In this document: positions 40,006 through 51,929 of the stretch, piece after piece
How the letters are laid out: every line of letters starts with the position of its first letter
Numbering within the stretch: position 1 is the stretch's first letter
Notes under the pieces: generated by a model
Databases searched by the model: none
What the model was told of the DNA's origin: nothing
The model's input: the letters and a program-made list of their open reading frames with translations, nothing else
From: Camelus dromedarius
Lineage: Eukaryota
Assembly (NCBI RefSeq): GCF_036321535.1
Contig: NC_087436.1
Span: 83,764,001-83,828,000 of the forward strand
Direction of reading: 5' to 3'
Length of the DNA stretch: 64,000 nucleotides
Made by a program: the position numbers and the translations under genes

Positions 40006-41568
40006 TGGGAAGAGAGGCAAATAGGAGACGGAAGCTCAGAGAAAACCTGATCTTTCTATTACAGCCTTTAGTGAAAAACCCTGGTGATCCCAGGACAGAA
40101 GTGGATGATATTTACTTGGGCAATGCTAAAGTATTTTCTTAAGGGCATTTACTATATCCAGAAACTACATATGAACTTTGGAACCACTTCAGAGATCTGA
40201 GTTTGAATTCTTACTCCTCCTTTTATAAATACTGCAGCAAACAAGTTAATTAAATTCTCTAAACTATTTTGTCATTTAAAAATCAGAGTAAGTGTAGCGA
40301 CGTCATGAGATTATACGAGTAAGTTCATAGGCTTAGGGTAGTATAAATGCTTACTGTATTTTTGATAATAATTTTCTTCTTATTAGTTAAAACTTACGAA
40401 AATTTATGAAATATTTATCAGAAATCTTGGTATGCAATTTATTTTGGTTTTTGCAGGACAGTTTTATGGGACATATGTACTGTTCTTGAATGTGTTGGGT
40501 TACTTTTCAAAATGTTCTGGAATATTAGAAATTTCATCTCAAACTTAAATAGAAGCAATTTCAGTTAAAATTGGGCTAGTGCAGGGATCAAACTAAATGG
40601 CTGGATGCTACAATGTAAGGCAACACAGTAGATAACAGCCTTGGTTGTGGTTCAATACACAGTCCATAAGCTAAGTCCAGCAGCCAGAAAGTGATTTAAA
40701 AATTTCCAAGATTGTATAGAAAGTACAGTTTGGGAAAAAATCAGCATAATCGCATTAACTTAACATTATGATGACATATCTACTCAGTTTTATGTCTCTT
40801 TCAACAACCTCCCCAATATGCTTAAAAGATTACACAATATGAAGGTAGAAAATTCTTTACCTAGTTTTAAATTTCTACATTAAAGCAAAATATATACTAT
40901 TCCACGTGATGGGAAAACAAAGTTTGACTTAAGGGAGTTGGGTGACTGTGTCAATGATGTTTTCTTTTGGAGAAAAAGGAGCAACTAATATTTCCTGGAT
41001 TCTTATTCTACAGAGACTTTCTCTGCCTCGAGAGTAATTTGGTTTTGAAACCCCCTTAATAGGACACAATATTATAAGTTAAAACCTTAATTACTTAATT
41101 AAAAAGTTACTATAAAATTTTTTCAATGCAATTCTGAGTCCCTAAACCAAAACCATTTATACTAGAAACACTATATTCCATGAAGGAAAGAGGACACAGG
41201 GAAAGGTGGGGCAACCTTGAGGAACTGCAGGAGGCTGCTATTAACTGGAGGGTTGGAGGACGTTGGGAAGAGGTGTTTTACCGGCATGCAGCCCAGCAGC
41301 CTTAGCAGCTGGAACCCAGAGGAGATCTTACTGGAACGGTCACCTCCCTTTTTCTCCTCCTCTCACCTTTTAATCTGCCTTTACTGCCTTTCGGAGCCTG
41401 AAGAAGCCAGTTGGCAAGGGAGTCTGGGAAATAGCAGGGGTTAGGTTTCTGTGATGCAGAGCAGAGCTGGGGAGGGAAGGCAAATGGATCTGAGAGCAAA
41501 TAGGTATGACTAGCATAGTCACAGAACAAAGCAGTTTCCCAGTTGAAACACATGAATTACACAATAGT

Positions 41569-42237
41569 CTGTCTCTTTAAACTTGACCCCCCCCCCCCCC
41601 CCCCAGATTCCACATACAAGTGATACCATGCAGTATTTGTCTTTCTCTCTCTGGCTTATTTCACTTAACAGAATGCCTTCAAGACCCATCCATACCATCA
41701 CAAATGGCAGGATTTCCCTCTTTCTCATGGCTGAATAGTATTCCGTTGTGTATACCACAGCTTCTTTTTCCAGTAATCTTTTGATAGGAGGACATTTAGA
41801 TTGTTTCTGTACCCTGGCTATTGTGAATAACTTTGCACATGAGAGTGCAGATAGCTCTGGATATCCTATTTTCATTACCTGTGGCTATATATATCCAGAA
41901 GTGGGATTGCTAGATCATATGGTAGAGTGGGGGAAATAGGGAGAGGTTGGTAAAAGGGTACAAACTTTCAGCTATAAGATAAATAAGATCTGAGGATTCA
42001 ATGTAAAACATGGTGACTATAGTTGGTAACACTGTACTGTCTAATTGAAATTTGCTGAGTGTAGAACTTAAACGCTCTTTCACACATACAAAAAATAAAT
42101 GTGAGGTGAAGAATGTGTTAATAAACTAGACAAAGGGGATCCTTTCACAATGTATACATACATCAAATCATCACAGTGTGCACCTTAAGTATCTTACAAT
42201 GTATTTGTCAATTAGACCTCAATAAAGCTGAAAAAAT
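41569..42237 (+). mobile_element. 5'-inverted L1 (L1MA-type 3' end)
   Basis: 41569-~41922 is antisense L1. ~41923-42237 is the sense 3' end ending 'aataaagctgaaaaaa'. Flanked by acaatagt (41561-41568 and 42238-42245). Confidence 0.85.
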
Positions 42238-42784
42238 ACAATAGTTCTCATAAATGGGAAAAAATGCTTACTAAGCCAGAGTAGGGGTATTCAGTGAAAT
42301 ACTTCATGAAGCAGAATTATCATAGCCCAACTGAGTATCTTCCAGGATTTTACTGTGTCAGATATCGAGTTGATTATATCTGCTAATTCTTTTAATCTCA
42401 GCAAGGATTTAGCCACTATTATTCATATAAAACAGAAAGTGTAAGGATCAGAAAGAATAAATAATTTTCCTGAAATTATTTAGTTAATTAAATGACAGAA
42501 CTGCGATTTGAACCAGGCTCTCCCAGGCTCTCACACTCTTCTCACTACAGTAGCTATAAAAAAATTAAATAACCATTAAATAAATGAAATATGCCAATCA
42601 ACATAAATAGGTGGCTATGAATTTATATATATAGTACACATATAATATATTTTGTATGTATACTAAATAATGAGTATTTGGGCGTTATCACTTTAAAGTG
42701 ATAATTTGCTTAATCTAAACTAGACAAAACCAATATAAATTCATGTTTGGTCTCAAGTTCATGTTTTTTTACTGAACCACTATG

Positions 42785-42930
42785 TCTCAGCATGTTCTCT
42801 GAATCATTTGGGGACTTTGTTATGAAGTTAGCCAGACCTCACCTTAGTAAGGTTCTCTGGGAGCAACACCTGGAATCTGCATCTGAAACAAGCTCCGTAG
42901 TGGGTTCTTTGGCACACTGACCTTTGACAG
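42785..42930. mobile_element. MER5-like hAT MITE
   Basis: 'gaatcatttggggactttgtta…cctggaatctgcatctgaaacaagctcc…gcacactgacctttgaca'. Confidence 0.6.
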
Positions 42931-43777
42931 TCCCATTAATAAGTCTGATTTGATAATACTAACTGTTATGAAGCATTATTTTACTCTCCCATGTAGGCCG
43001 CTTATAATTTCAGCACAGCTGAGGAGAGAGAGAGAATTTCTAGATGAGAGTCACAACTAGACTATTTCAGAAAAAGAAATCAAACAGCTTTGGAGGTGGG
43101 GTCGATAAAGTGAACTTTGAGAAACAGGAATGACAGATGCAAAGAAATAATCATCCCAACAATAGGCATTAGGGTCTGTGAACAAGAGTCATGAGAAGAA
43201 GAGGATTAGCAAAGCTCTGCAGAACAGTAAAAAACCAAAACCAATACCAAAACCCGACGACAGCAACTGTGTCTGTATATCTGGATCTGGATCCACCTCT
43301 GCATCCATATCTACAACAGAGTCAGACACAGACAGAAACACATCTCTGTCCTAACCTTGGTCTCCAAGGATTCCTCCAGCATATGTATGATACAAGGTTA
43401 GAAATTAATAGGAGAACTACACTATATTCTTCGTGCTTTGTGTATATAATCTTTATAATGTAGGTATTATATATCCAAGGTTAACATAATATTTAGTTGC
43501 ATAAAAGTCATGGCCATTGCAGCAGTTATTGGCTAATGGCCATTCTCATCTAATTTTTTTGTTTGTTTTTATAGTAACTTGAGTTAAAGAATGTCAGACT
43601 AATTAATGATAAACATTGGCTCTGGCTGGAGCTAACTGAATGTGGCAGGCCTACAAGCCGTGTTTACTGTTGGTGTATTAAGTACTTTATAAGCATTGAC
43701 TTAAAATTTAGAGTGAATTCTCTCAATCTAAGCATCCAACACAACAAACAGCATCAACAAAACCCCTAAACTCCTTT

Positions 43778-44281
43778 CGTTACTGAGTCCAAACTCATTC
43801 TGCTCGCTGCACGGCAGGCTGATAAATGGGGAGACGAGGTGTTGGGGCTGGGAATAACGACTTTATTTGGAAAGCTGGCAGACTAATGTCCTGGAGAATA
43901 ATCTTCCTCAAGTCAAAATTCAGGCTCCTTTTATACTAAAAAGGGGAGGAGGAGTGATTGGTTGTTGCAAACTTCTTGGTGTCAGAATCCTTTGTTCTTG
44001 CAGCTGTCCAGGTAGGTCAGGGCATGGTGTCCCTCCAAACCTCCCACAAGATAAATGTTATTTTCTATTCTGCAACTTTTTATCTTTATAGGAATGGGAA
44101 AGTTTTATACCCTTGAAAGTCAGAGCCTTGAGAATGGGCTCTCCTGTATATTTCAGGCTGTAGGCAACATTGTTTTACAAAAGGTGCAGAACCAGCATGA
44201 CTAAGCACCCAAAACAGAGCACAGGGTTAGAGCTAAAGGAACAGATCTAATATGGAGTCAGATTTCTTCTTCTCTATTACA
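43778..44281 (-). mobile_element. ERV1 solo LTR (MER41/MER4-group-like)
   Basis: (C/T)G…CA ends with a perfect 4-bp TSD cttt (43774-43777, 44282-44285). Minus-strand TATAAAA (~43930) and AATAAA (~43865). The minus 5' end is 'tgtaatagag…ctgactccatatt'. Confidence 0.85.
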
Positions 44282-44958
44282 CTTTCTCAAAGGGTAGATT
44301 ATTTTTAATTCCTTTCTTGGCATATACTTAGGCTTTAGCCCAAGAGTAGTCTTGAAAGCAAGTGAGCTCTTGTTAACATTTTGTACTTAGTTTCCATCTG
44401 TGAGAATGCTAAAGCAAGATCAGAATTTAAAAGATGCTGTGGAAGTTTGCTAGGCACTTTGGTGTAAGGGCTGCATGGTATCAGCAGGAACAATTTGATC
44501 TTCTGGATGGGTCTGACACAGCAACTCTTGGAATATATGAGAATTTCTGGGAAGTTTGTAAGCAACGCCTTGTAAATTATCTATGTTAACAATTTCAGTC
44601 TTGGCTCCAATCAGGAGCAGCCACTGAAATGATGACTCTTCTCCAGCGCCACCTGGAACTTCAGCAGTCTCGGCAGAGTCACAGGAGAAGGAATTTTCCT
44701 GCTTAGACAGGAACCCAATTTAGAGAAAGGAATGACAGCCAATAAACAGCATAAATTTATGTTATGTTATTACAAATAAACAGAAAATTCAAAGAGTAGG
44801 GGTCCACTTTTCTTTCTAGTCTTTACCTTTTTTAATAGATAAAGTCATTAAGTTTTATTCTAGCCTTGTCAAAAGATGAGTACTGATGAATTAAATAAGA
44901 AATAAAAGAAACAGCTACCACAAGCCTGGAATCATTCCATATCTTTTTCTCTCTGTGT

Positions 44959-45028
44959 GAATAAACAAAATCCTCACTTATTGCCTAGTGCCCGAATAAA
45001 CAAAATCCTCGCTTATTGCCTAGTGCCC
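44959..45028. repeat. 35-bp tandem duplication (2 copies, 1 mismatch)
   Basis: gaataaacaaaatcctc(a/g)cttattgcctagtgccc repeated twice. Confidence 0.97.
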
Positions 45029-45332
45029 AGTTAAGTATAGCTTTGAACGCAATTCTGCCTCCATTCTGGCCAACCGTGCACTGACCTTTGGCAAAAGACA
45101 ACTTTTCTGGTACTCCTTTTAGCAGCTAAAATGAATTTACAGCACAGTCCTTTGACACTGAGTTGATGGTTTTAAAAGTGCTCAAGTTTTAGGGAAAATT
45201 GTGTTATATACATTTTATATTGTCAGGTTGTTCTTTGACAAAATATTATTTGGGGTAGGCTCTTTTTGGAAATCATACTGAGTGCAAATACATTTTAGGA
45301 AAAATAAAACTGTATTAAGAAACTATAGTTTA

Positions 45333-45584
45333 AATCTTATGGTTACCGGGGAAAGGGGGTGAGAATGTTTGAGATTTACAAATGTTAGCCACTATATATA
45401 ATAATTGGTTTTAAAAAAGTTTCTGCTGTATAACACAGGGAACTATGTTCAATATCTTGTAATAACTTTTAATGAAAAAGAATATGAAAACAAATATATC
45501 TATGTATATGCATGACTGGGACATTGTGCTGTACACCAGAAATTGACACATTGTAACTGACTGTACATCAATTAAAAAAAAGAA
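45333..45584 (+). mobile_element. Short 5'-truncated camelid-type L1 tail with TSD
   Basis: TSD aagaaactatag(t/c)tta at 45317-45332 and 45585-45600. Tail 'tgctgtacaccagaaattgacacattgtaactgactg…aaaaaaa'. Confidence 0.9.
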
Positions 45585-45704
45585 AAGAAACTATAGCTTA
45601 CTTGTTACTGAATTGGTAAATGTGTATTGAGGACCTTCCAGGAGCTGAGCATGTTATTAGATACACCACTGTATTCAAACAATTATATGAGGTTTCTGCT
45701 AAAG

Positions 45705-45910
45705 AGGTGTATCTGTGGTGGTTAATAAAATGGGTTCTAAAATCGGGTGGATCTGGTTTTTAACTCAGGCTTCATCAGTTACCAGCTGTATATCCTAGAG
45801 CAGGACACAAACTGTTTAAGCCTCGCTTTGCTCATTTGTAAAGTGAGAATTAAAACTGCACTTGTCTCATCTGGTTATTGTGAGTCTTTGATGAGATAAT
45901 ACACGTGGCA
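45705..45910 (+). mobile_element. MIR SINE
   Basis: 'gtggtggttaataaaatgggttct…ttaccagctgt…ctcatttgtaaagtgagaat'. Confidence 0.7.
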
Positions 45911-46123
45911 CAAAGATAGTAATTTAGATTTTATTTTCCTTATGGTAGAGAAATCAGCAGGAATGGGACTGTTACTGCTTTATTTCCTTCCTTTCTTCCT
46001 CCTCGCCTCCCCTTCCCCTTTCTCTTACCCTTTCTTCTTCTTCCTCTGCAAGGCAGCCTGAATCAAATTCCTCCATTTCATGGAGAGGGTGGGATGGGAT
46101 TTGAGGACAATTTCCTTTTACGG

Positions 46124-46555
46124 TGACAGGGCTCAGAACATGCTGCCCCTAAATGTGGCACCTTGGCAGATTGAATATTTTAAGCTGAAAGAATTTGAGA
46201 GAAAGTCAGGTCATTCTAAATTCTCTCCAGCCCTTCTCCCCAGAAACAGGTCAGAGAACCCTCCTGTGAGAGGTACCCTTCCTGTACCTGGAGGAAGGTG
46301 CATCCTTATCTCCGAAGACAAAGGGATGCCAAGAAGAATCCGAACTAACAGGCCTTGCTAAGTTTCCCTCAGTTACTACACTTACTTCCTTAACTTTGCA
46401 TACTCCTCCATGACCATCCACTCTTCATCAAACCCAGCACACTATATTCAGGTCTGACTGTTTCTCTGGGTCTTCATTTCCTTAGGAAGGCTCCCGTGTC
46501 AGGCAAAACGTATATTCAATAAATGTGTATGCTTTTCTCCTATTAATCTGTATTT
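46124..46555 (+). mobile_element. ERV1 LTR, MER31-like (3' end eroded)
   Basis: 'tgacagggctcagaacatgctgcccctaaatgtggcaccttggcagattgaatattttaagctgaaagaatttgaga' matches the recalled MER31 5' end. AATAAA at ~46518. Confidence 0.8.
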
Positions 46556-48213
46556 GGCTTTTTTGTATCTGTGTCAGCTTGAGCTCATTGCTGGAAATAT
46601 ACTAGAGGAAGGGAAAGAAGAGGAAGCAGGAAGGAGGAGAGAGTTTTTCCCAGGCTTGGAAGGGTCCCAGGAGGAGCAGGAACCTGAGCCCAGACCCACG
46701 GCTGTGGCCATGACCTTGATCAGCACTTCCATGGTGCTCCTTGTAGGCTGGACACAGGCACCCAGATTCCCAGCCTGGAAACATCCTCACAACCACACTG
46801 GCACAGAAGTGTTCAGACTGCCTGTTCAGCAATTTTAGGAGTGTATACATTAGCTGCAATAAAGGTAGACCAACGGACTGAGAGACTGTTTCCCATTTTC
46901 TGGAAATCACATAAACCTCACGTGCTTTGGGGGTGACCTCAGGCAAGTAATAATGATGGAGACAGAATTTCCTAGTGAGTTTGGCAGCATTGGATTTGGT
47001 CTATAATTTAATTTGATTTTAAGACTATAAAGGTGTATAACTTTTTAATACCAGGTTCATATATAGAGAGCATTCCACACAGTGCCCAGCAAATGGTAAG
47101 CACTCAGTAGGTGATACCTACTCTTATGGCATCTTTCATTTCTGTAGAAAACATTCTTACTACTTCAATCCTTCTAAAGAATTAGCTGTTTGGAAAGCTT
47201 GCTAAGCTTTCCGTGTGACACTAACTACCGATACCTGAGTGGTTTGTGTACTTTGATGTATTGCACAATGGATGTAATATCAAGGTTTAGCACAGCAGAA
47301 ATGTACATTAAGACATGGGATGGGAATTGTCAAATATCCGGAGCTATCACCTCATTGTCAGCTAAGATTCCCGTTCACGTGCTGATGTTAAAGAGTCAAA
47401 ATTCTTCAGAAAGTTTCAGGGCAAAGCAGTTACGTGACCTGTATTTTTCCTGTCTCTCTGTCCATATAATTGAGCTTTGGGGCCCGATACTGAAACAAGT
47501 TATTATCTGGGGCAATGGAATCAATTCCCAGGGGTTCTAACCAAGTGCAGGTCTCACTGAGCTGCAGGAAGCTCACTTGCAGATCTTTGCATTAGCGTCT
47601 GACAAGCTCTTCCTCCCCGAGAACTGTGCTGTCAGCGCTCATCTGCCCCAGGTAGCCAAGAAACAGAAGCACAGAAGTGGAATGAAGTGGCTCCGGCGCT
47701 GCTGACATGGAATCGCCAACAGTTCAAACACCCAAATTCTCAAAAAGAAAAACTTAAAAGTTCTGTTCCCATTATTATTCAAATTACTATCTTTGAATAG
47801 TTTTTTCATCCCTTTATTGGACTTGATTAAAGTATACTAAGAAATGTTACTTTGCCAAGTGTTTCAAAATTAGTAAGTGTTCTGAAATGAACATTCAAAA
47901 AGCTTCACATTAAACTGAAATCTCCTCTTTCTGCCATAGAACTGCTCTTTAATTTAAGAAAGTCCAGCGTGGATAAATCTGAACTGAACAAACAGGTGGG
48001 AAAACACACGGAGGTAAGTCACTTGCCCGAGGTCATACGGTTAAGCCCTGCAAAGCTCACTGACTCCAAGCAGTCTTCTCTAGTGGACAGAGGATGATGA
48101 GGATGTGGAACTTTGTAGAAAGAAACCCAATCTTAGGAAGATCTATAGGAGACTAGAGGAGCATCAGCAGCTTGGTGGCTTGCCCTTGTCAGTTTACATT
48201 GCAGGGTTCCCTT

Positions 48214-48721
48214 TGATGAGGTTCAGGGTACGCCACCCCAAAATATGGCAACTTGACATGTCAAATATTTTAAGCTGAAGGAGTTAGAGAAAACAGCAGG
48301 AGCAGGAAGGTCACTCTGATCGGGCCCCCACCCTCTTCCCTGAAACGGATCATAAAACCCTTAATTACGTGAGAGGTGCCCTCCCTAAATCTGAAGGAAA
48401 GGAACAGCCTTTGAAGACAAAAGGATGCCAAGAAGAATCTGAACAAACAGGCCTGGCAACTTTCCCCCAGTCTGCCTTACTCACTCATAATCCTTAACCT
48501 GTCATATTCCATGACCATCCACTCTTCATCAAAGCTAGCGTAAAAAACTCAGGTATAATTATTTCTTTGAGTTTACAATTCCTCATGAAGGCTCCCGAAT
48601 CACCTAAAACTTGTAAGTGAATGTGTGTGCTTCTCTCCTGTTAATCTGTTTTTGTCAGTTTAATTTTCAGACGCAGCCAGAGACCCTTCTTAGGTCAAGG
48701 AAAACTTTTTCCTCCTCTCCA
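48214..48721 (+). mobile_element. ERV1 solo LTR, MER31-like
   Basis: 'tgatgaggttcagggtacgccaccccaaaatatggc…aatattttaagctgaagg…ttcctcctctcca'. Degenerate 4-bp TSD cctt/ccgt. Confidence 0.85.
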
Positions 48722-50654
48722 CCGTGAGATCCTCCACACCTAAGCAGAGCTTTCTGAACTTGAAACTCCCCTAAGAGAAACAGCTCCCTCAACCCCTCCC
48801 CTTATCAAGAAAGACTGCTTCATACAAATGAGCAGTGAGGGTACAGGCTTCATCCATGCTCCTCCCCTCTTTCCAAAGACACCATCAAAGGCAAGCGGAC
48901 TGAGGGGAAGGGGGTGTTCTATTGTACTACCTTAGGCAGCTAAGTCAAAGTGATATCTGCAGGGGGAAAAAAGTATTTTCTTCTGTTTCTGTTATGCATC
49001 AGACTAAATCTTTTCCTATCAAGAATGAAGCTTGTCTTTGTGAAAACAGGATTCTTGCAATATAGCTAAGCTGGTGTGACCTTCAACGATCTGCCAGTGG
49101 ATGTTTGTCTCATTTAACAAATTACTTGGCCTGAAGGCAAATATGTTACAGTATTATCCGCTCATGCTGGAAAGCAAATATAAAATGGGTGTCTCTGCAT
49201 ATGAAAAGAGAATAAAGGGAGGCTTTGACAAGGCAACTACTTTATCAAGCATTCAGTGCCACCTACCTATTTTGCATTTTTAGATGTAGAAATCTGGGTT
49301 ACTATGGCTTCCAACAGCGTTAATAAAATATAAATTCTTGACGCATGTTTGCTTATAATAAAATAGAAATACTTATGCATATTTGCTTTAAGCACATTTG
49401 GAGTCAGGAGATCTTTCTATTTAGGTTCTGCTAACACTTGCAAACAGTAGCCCCCAAAATGCAACAAACTTCCCAGGCAGCTTGGCAAGATGGCTGGAAA
49501 ATGGACATCCCTTCTCTGTTCACATCTTCTTGTTTCCTGTACCATTTTTGTGCTTCCTCATACGAACTTTGATTTTTCTAACTCAAATCGGGATTAAGGT
49601 TCTGACAAGATGCCAGCCTATGATGGACATTGCTGCACTAAAACTTCCCTGGAAATATAATGAAATAGAGAAAATGATATTCATCATACTCATCAGAATG
49701 ATTCTTGCGGAGTGTTCTGTAAGCAACTGGAAGGAAAACTCTGCTATTGCACTCTCCAGGAGCCCTGCAGAGTTGCAGTGGCCAGGCTGCCTTTCAGAAA
49801 GGTGGTCCTGGTTGCATGCAGGATTTTATTGTGCCCAGTGAGGTGTGTTAGCTCGGGGCCAGAGTGGAATAGGTAAAGGTAATAAGAGAAAGGCCAGTCT
49901 GCAGCAGTGGTGCATTGCCACCTGTGCTCCATGTAGCATTTAGCATCACCTCGGCATGACTATCAATGACTATGAAAAACATATATACAACACAATAGAA
50001 ATATGGGAAGAAGATACTGGATTGGCAGATCACAGGGAAACCAAATGGCAAATAAACATATGAAAAGATGGTCAGTTTCACTGGTCCTCAGAGAAGTGCC
50101 AACTATAACAAGAGATCATTATATCATCAAAAAGCTAAAAGCCCAATAAAATCAGGACACACAGAGGACATTATGTTCTTCTCTATAATTTGTGGTTTGT
50201 AAACTATTTCAACATAAATGGACTTGAAAAAAAAAAAAAAAAAAGAACATTGATTTGAAGGAATTCCTGTGCTGTGTGCCAGCCTGGCTGCATGAACGCC
50301 GTGTCATCTGGCCTCACATCGCGTCACGAGAAACCCTCTGCCATGGCAGTTCTCTCCCAGAAACACTCCTGCTGAAACTCCTTCAGGCCCTGGCGTTTTA
50401 GGTTCCAGACATTTTGTAAGGAGCTGGGGGACTTTAGGCCGAAGATGCAGGTGCCAGAAATGGAAGGAAGCTCCCTATGTGGAACTAAATGCTTTCTTAT
50501 TTTCTGTGAAATTTTAAAATGGAAAGTTAGAGATTTTATGTTGGGCTACCCATCTTCGTGATCCTTAATAATGAGGCCAGAATTGTTAGGAAATGTGCTT
50601 TGGACTTAAGTGACAAGCTAACTAGCCATATATTAAAGACCCAGGTAGGAAATT

Positions 50655-51140
50655 ACTGCAGAGACAGCTCTATGTGTTCCCCTAATCATCTTGTTCTCCG
50701 TGTACACAGAGGACCACACTGTCAGCCTTCTCGCTCCTCCTTGTGAGCATGTGCCTGCGTTCTGGCTAAAGCAAAGTAAATGCAAGTGACTTTCACTACT
50801 TCACCTGGATAGCAGACGTCCTGTGCCATCTTCTACTCTGTCTGTCCCTGCCCGTATGTCTGGAAATGAAGGACTGTGAGATGGCAGAACAACGTCCACA
50901 ACAAAAAGAATATTGATTGGAAGGGATTCCCCCAAGGCCCAGGGGTCTCTGTCTGGCTCTGCATCATGAGAGAATTCTGCATCTCCGAGTCATCACGTCG
51001 GGTGGAGCCTCCCAGGAAAGCCAGATGACGAGGAATGTCTGCACGGGGCCTATGTGTGAGTATAAGAAACACATCTCTTTGTGTTAAGCCACTGAGATTT
51101 TGGAGCTACCTTGGTCACAGACATTAGTCTATTTTGAGTT
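50655..51140 (+). mobile_element. Old MaLR LTR (MLT1I/J-like)
   Basis: 'gcaagtgactttcactacttc' and the 3' motif 'tttgtgttaagccactgagattttgg'. Confidence 0.7.
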
Positions 51141-51929
51141 ACCCAGTAATCTCTTAGAGTAAGATATATTTTCTTAAATGTCCCAGGAAGTCCTTCAAAC
51201 ATGCCAGCAGAGCTACCGTCTAACTTAGAATTACTTATTATCTAGACATTTAAAATACACGGCTTTGAAACAACCCAGTCTCTTTTCCTCTTGCCACTGT
51301 CACACAGGGGAGAGGCAATGCCGGGAATATGACGTGCTTTATGAAGCAGTGACAGAGAAGCTGGAGAGGAAACTAGATTTCTGAACTCCGCGGTGTACAT
51401 CTCGGCTTTGATGTTAGTACAAGTGTCCTGTTTCCTTTCCTGCGTCCCGCACGGAGGATTCATTTCCAGCGGCAGGCAGGGCCCCGAGCCTGCTCTTTCT
51501 AGCAGGGTAGCTCCCCCAGATGCGTTCATTTGCCGAGCTGACCGGTGTGACTGCTTAGTCTTTATTGGTGTTTGGTCTTGGTCTACAGCTGTGACTAAGA
51601 GTTTGGGGTTTTAGTTGTGATTTATGTTGGAGGGTTTTTATTTTTCAAGAGGAGTAATACATAAGATTTGAGACATAGTGAGTTTTTGAGGACAGATGTG
51701 AGCAAATCATCCCCAAATTGAGACACTGAATGGAGCACAGGCCCCTTGAGACCAGACAGGACCGTGGCGTCTCCTACATGCTGAAGCCATGACTCACATG
51801 CCAGCTCCCTCCTCAGCCTCTCCCCACGAAGGCTCAAGAGTTATCTCAGAAGTTCCAAGTTCAAACAGGGTATCGGGCTCCCCTCCCACACCCTAGGAGA
51901 GGGTCACTCCATCCACCCCAACCTCATCC

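Noticed and set aside
44959..45028. CRISPR-like direct repeats
   Set aside because: The two 35-bp copies are adjacent with no spacer, and the context is eukaryotic.
46124..48721. Single provirus with paired LTRs
   Set aside because: The LTRs differ by large indels, the spacer looks like host DNA, and no TSD flanks the pair.
49482..49841. 119-aa ORF with hydrophobic stretches
   Set aside because: Non-ATG start, no recognisable family and no clear flanking splice sites, so consistent with chance.
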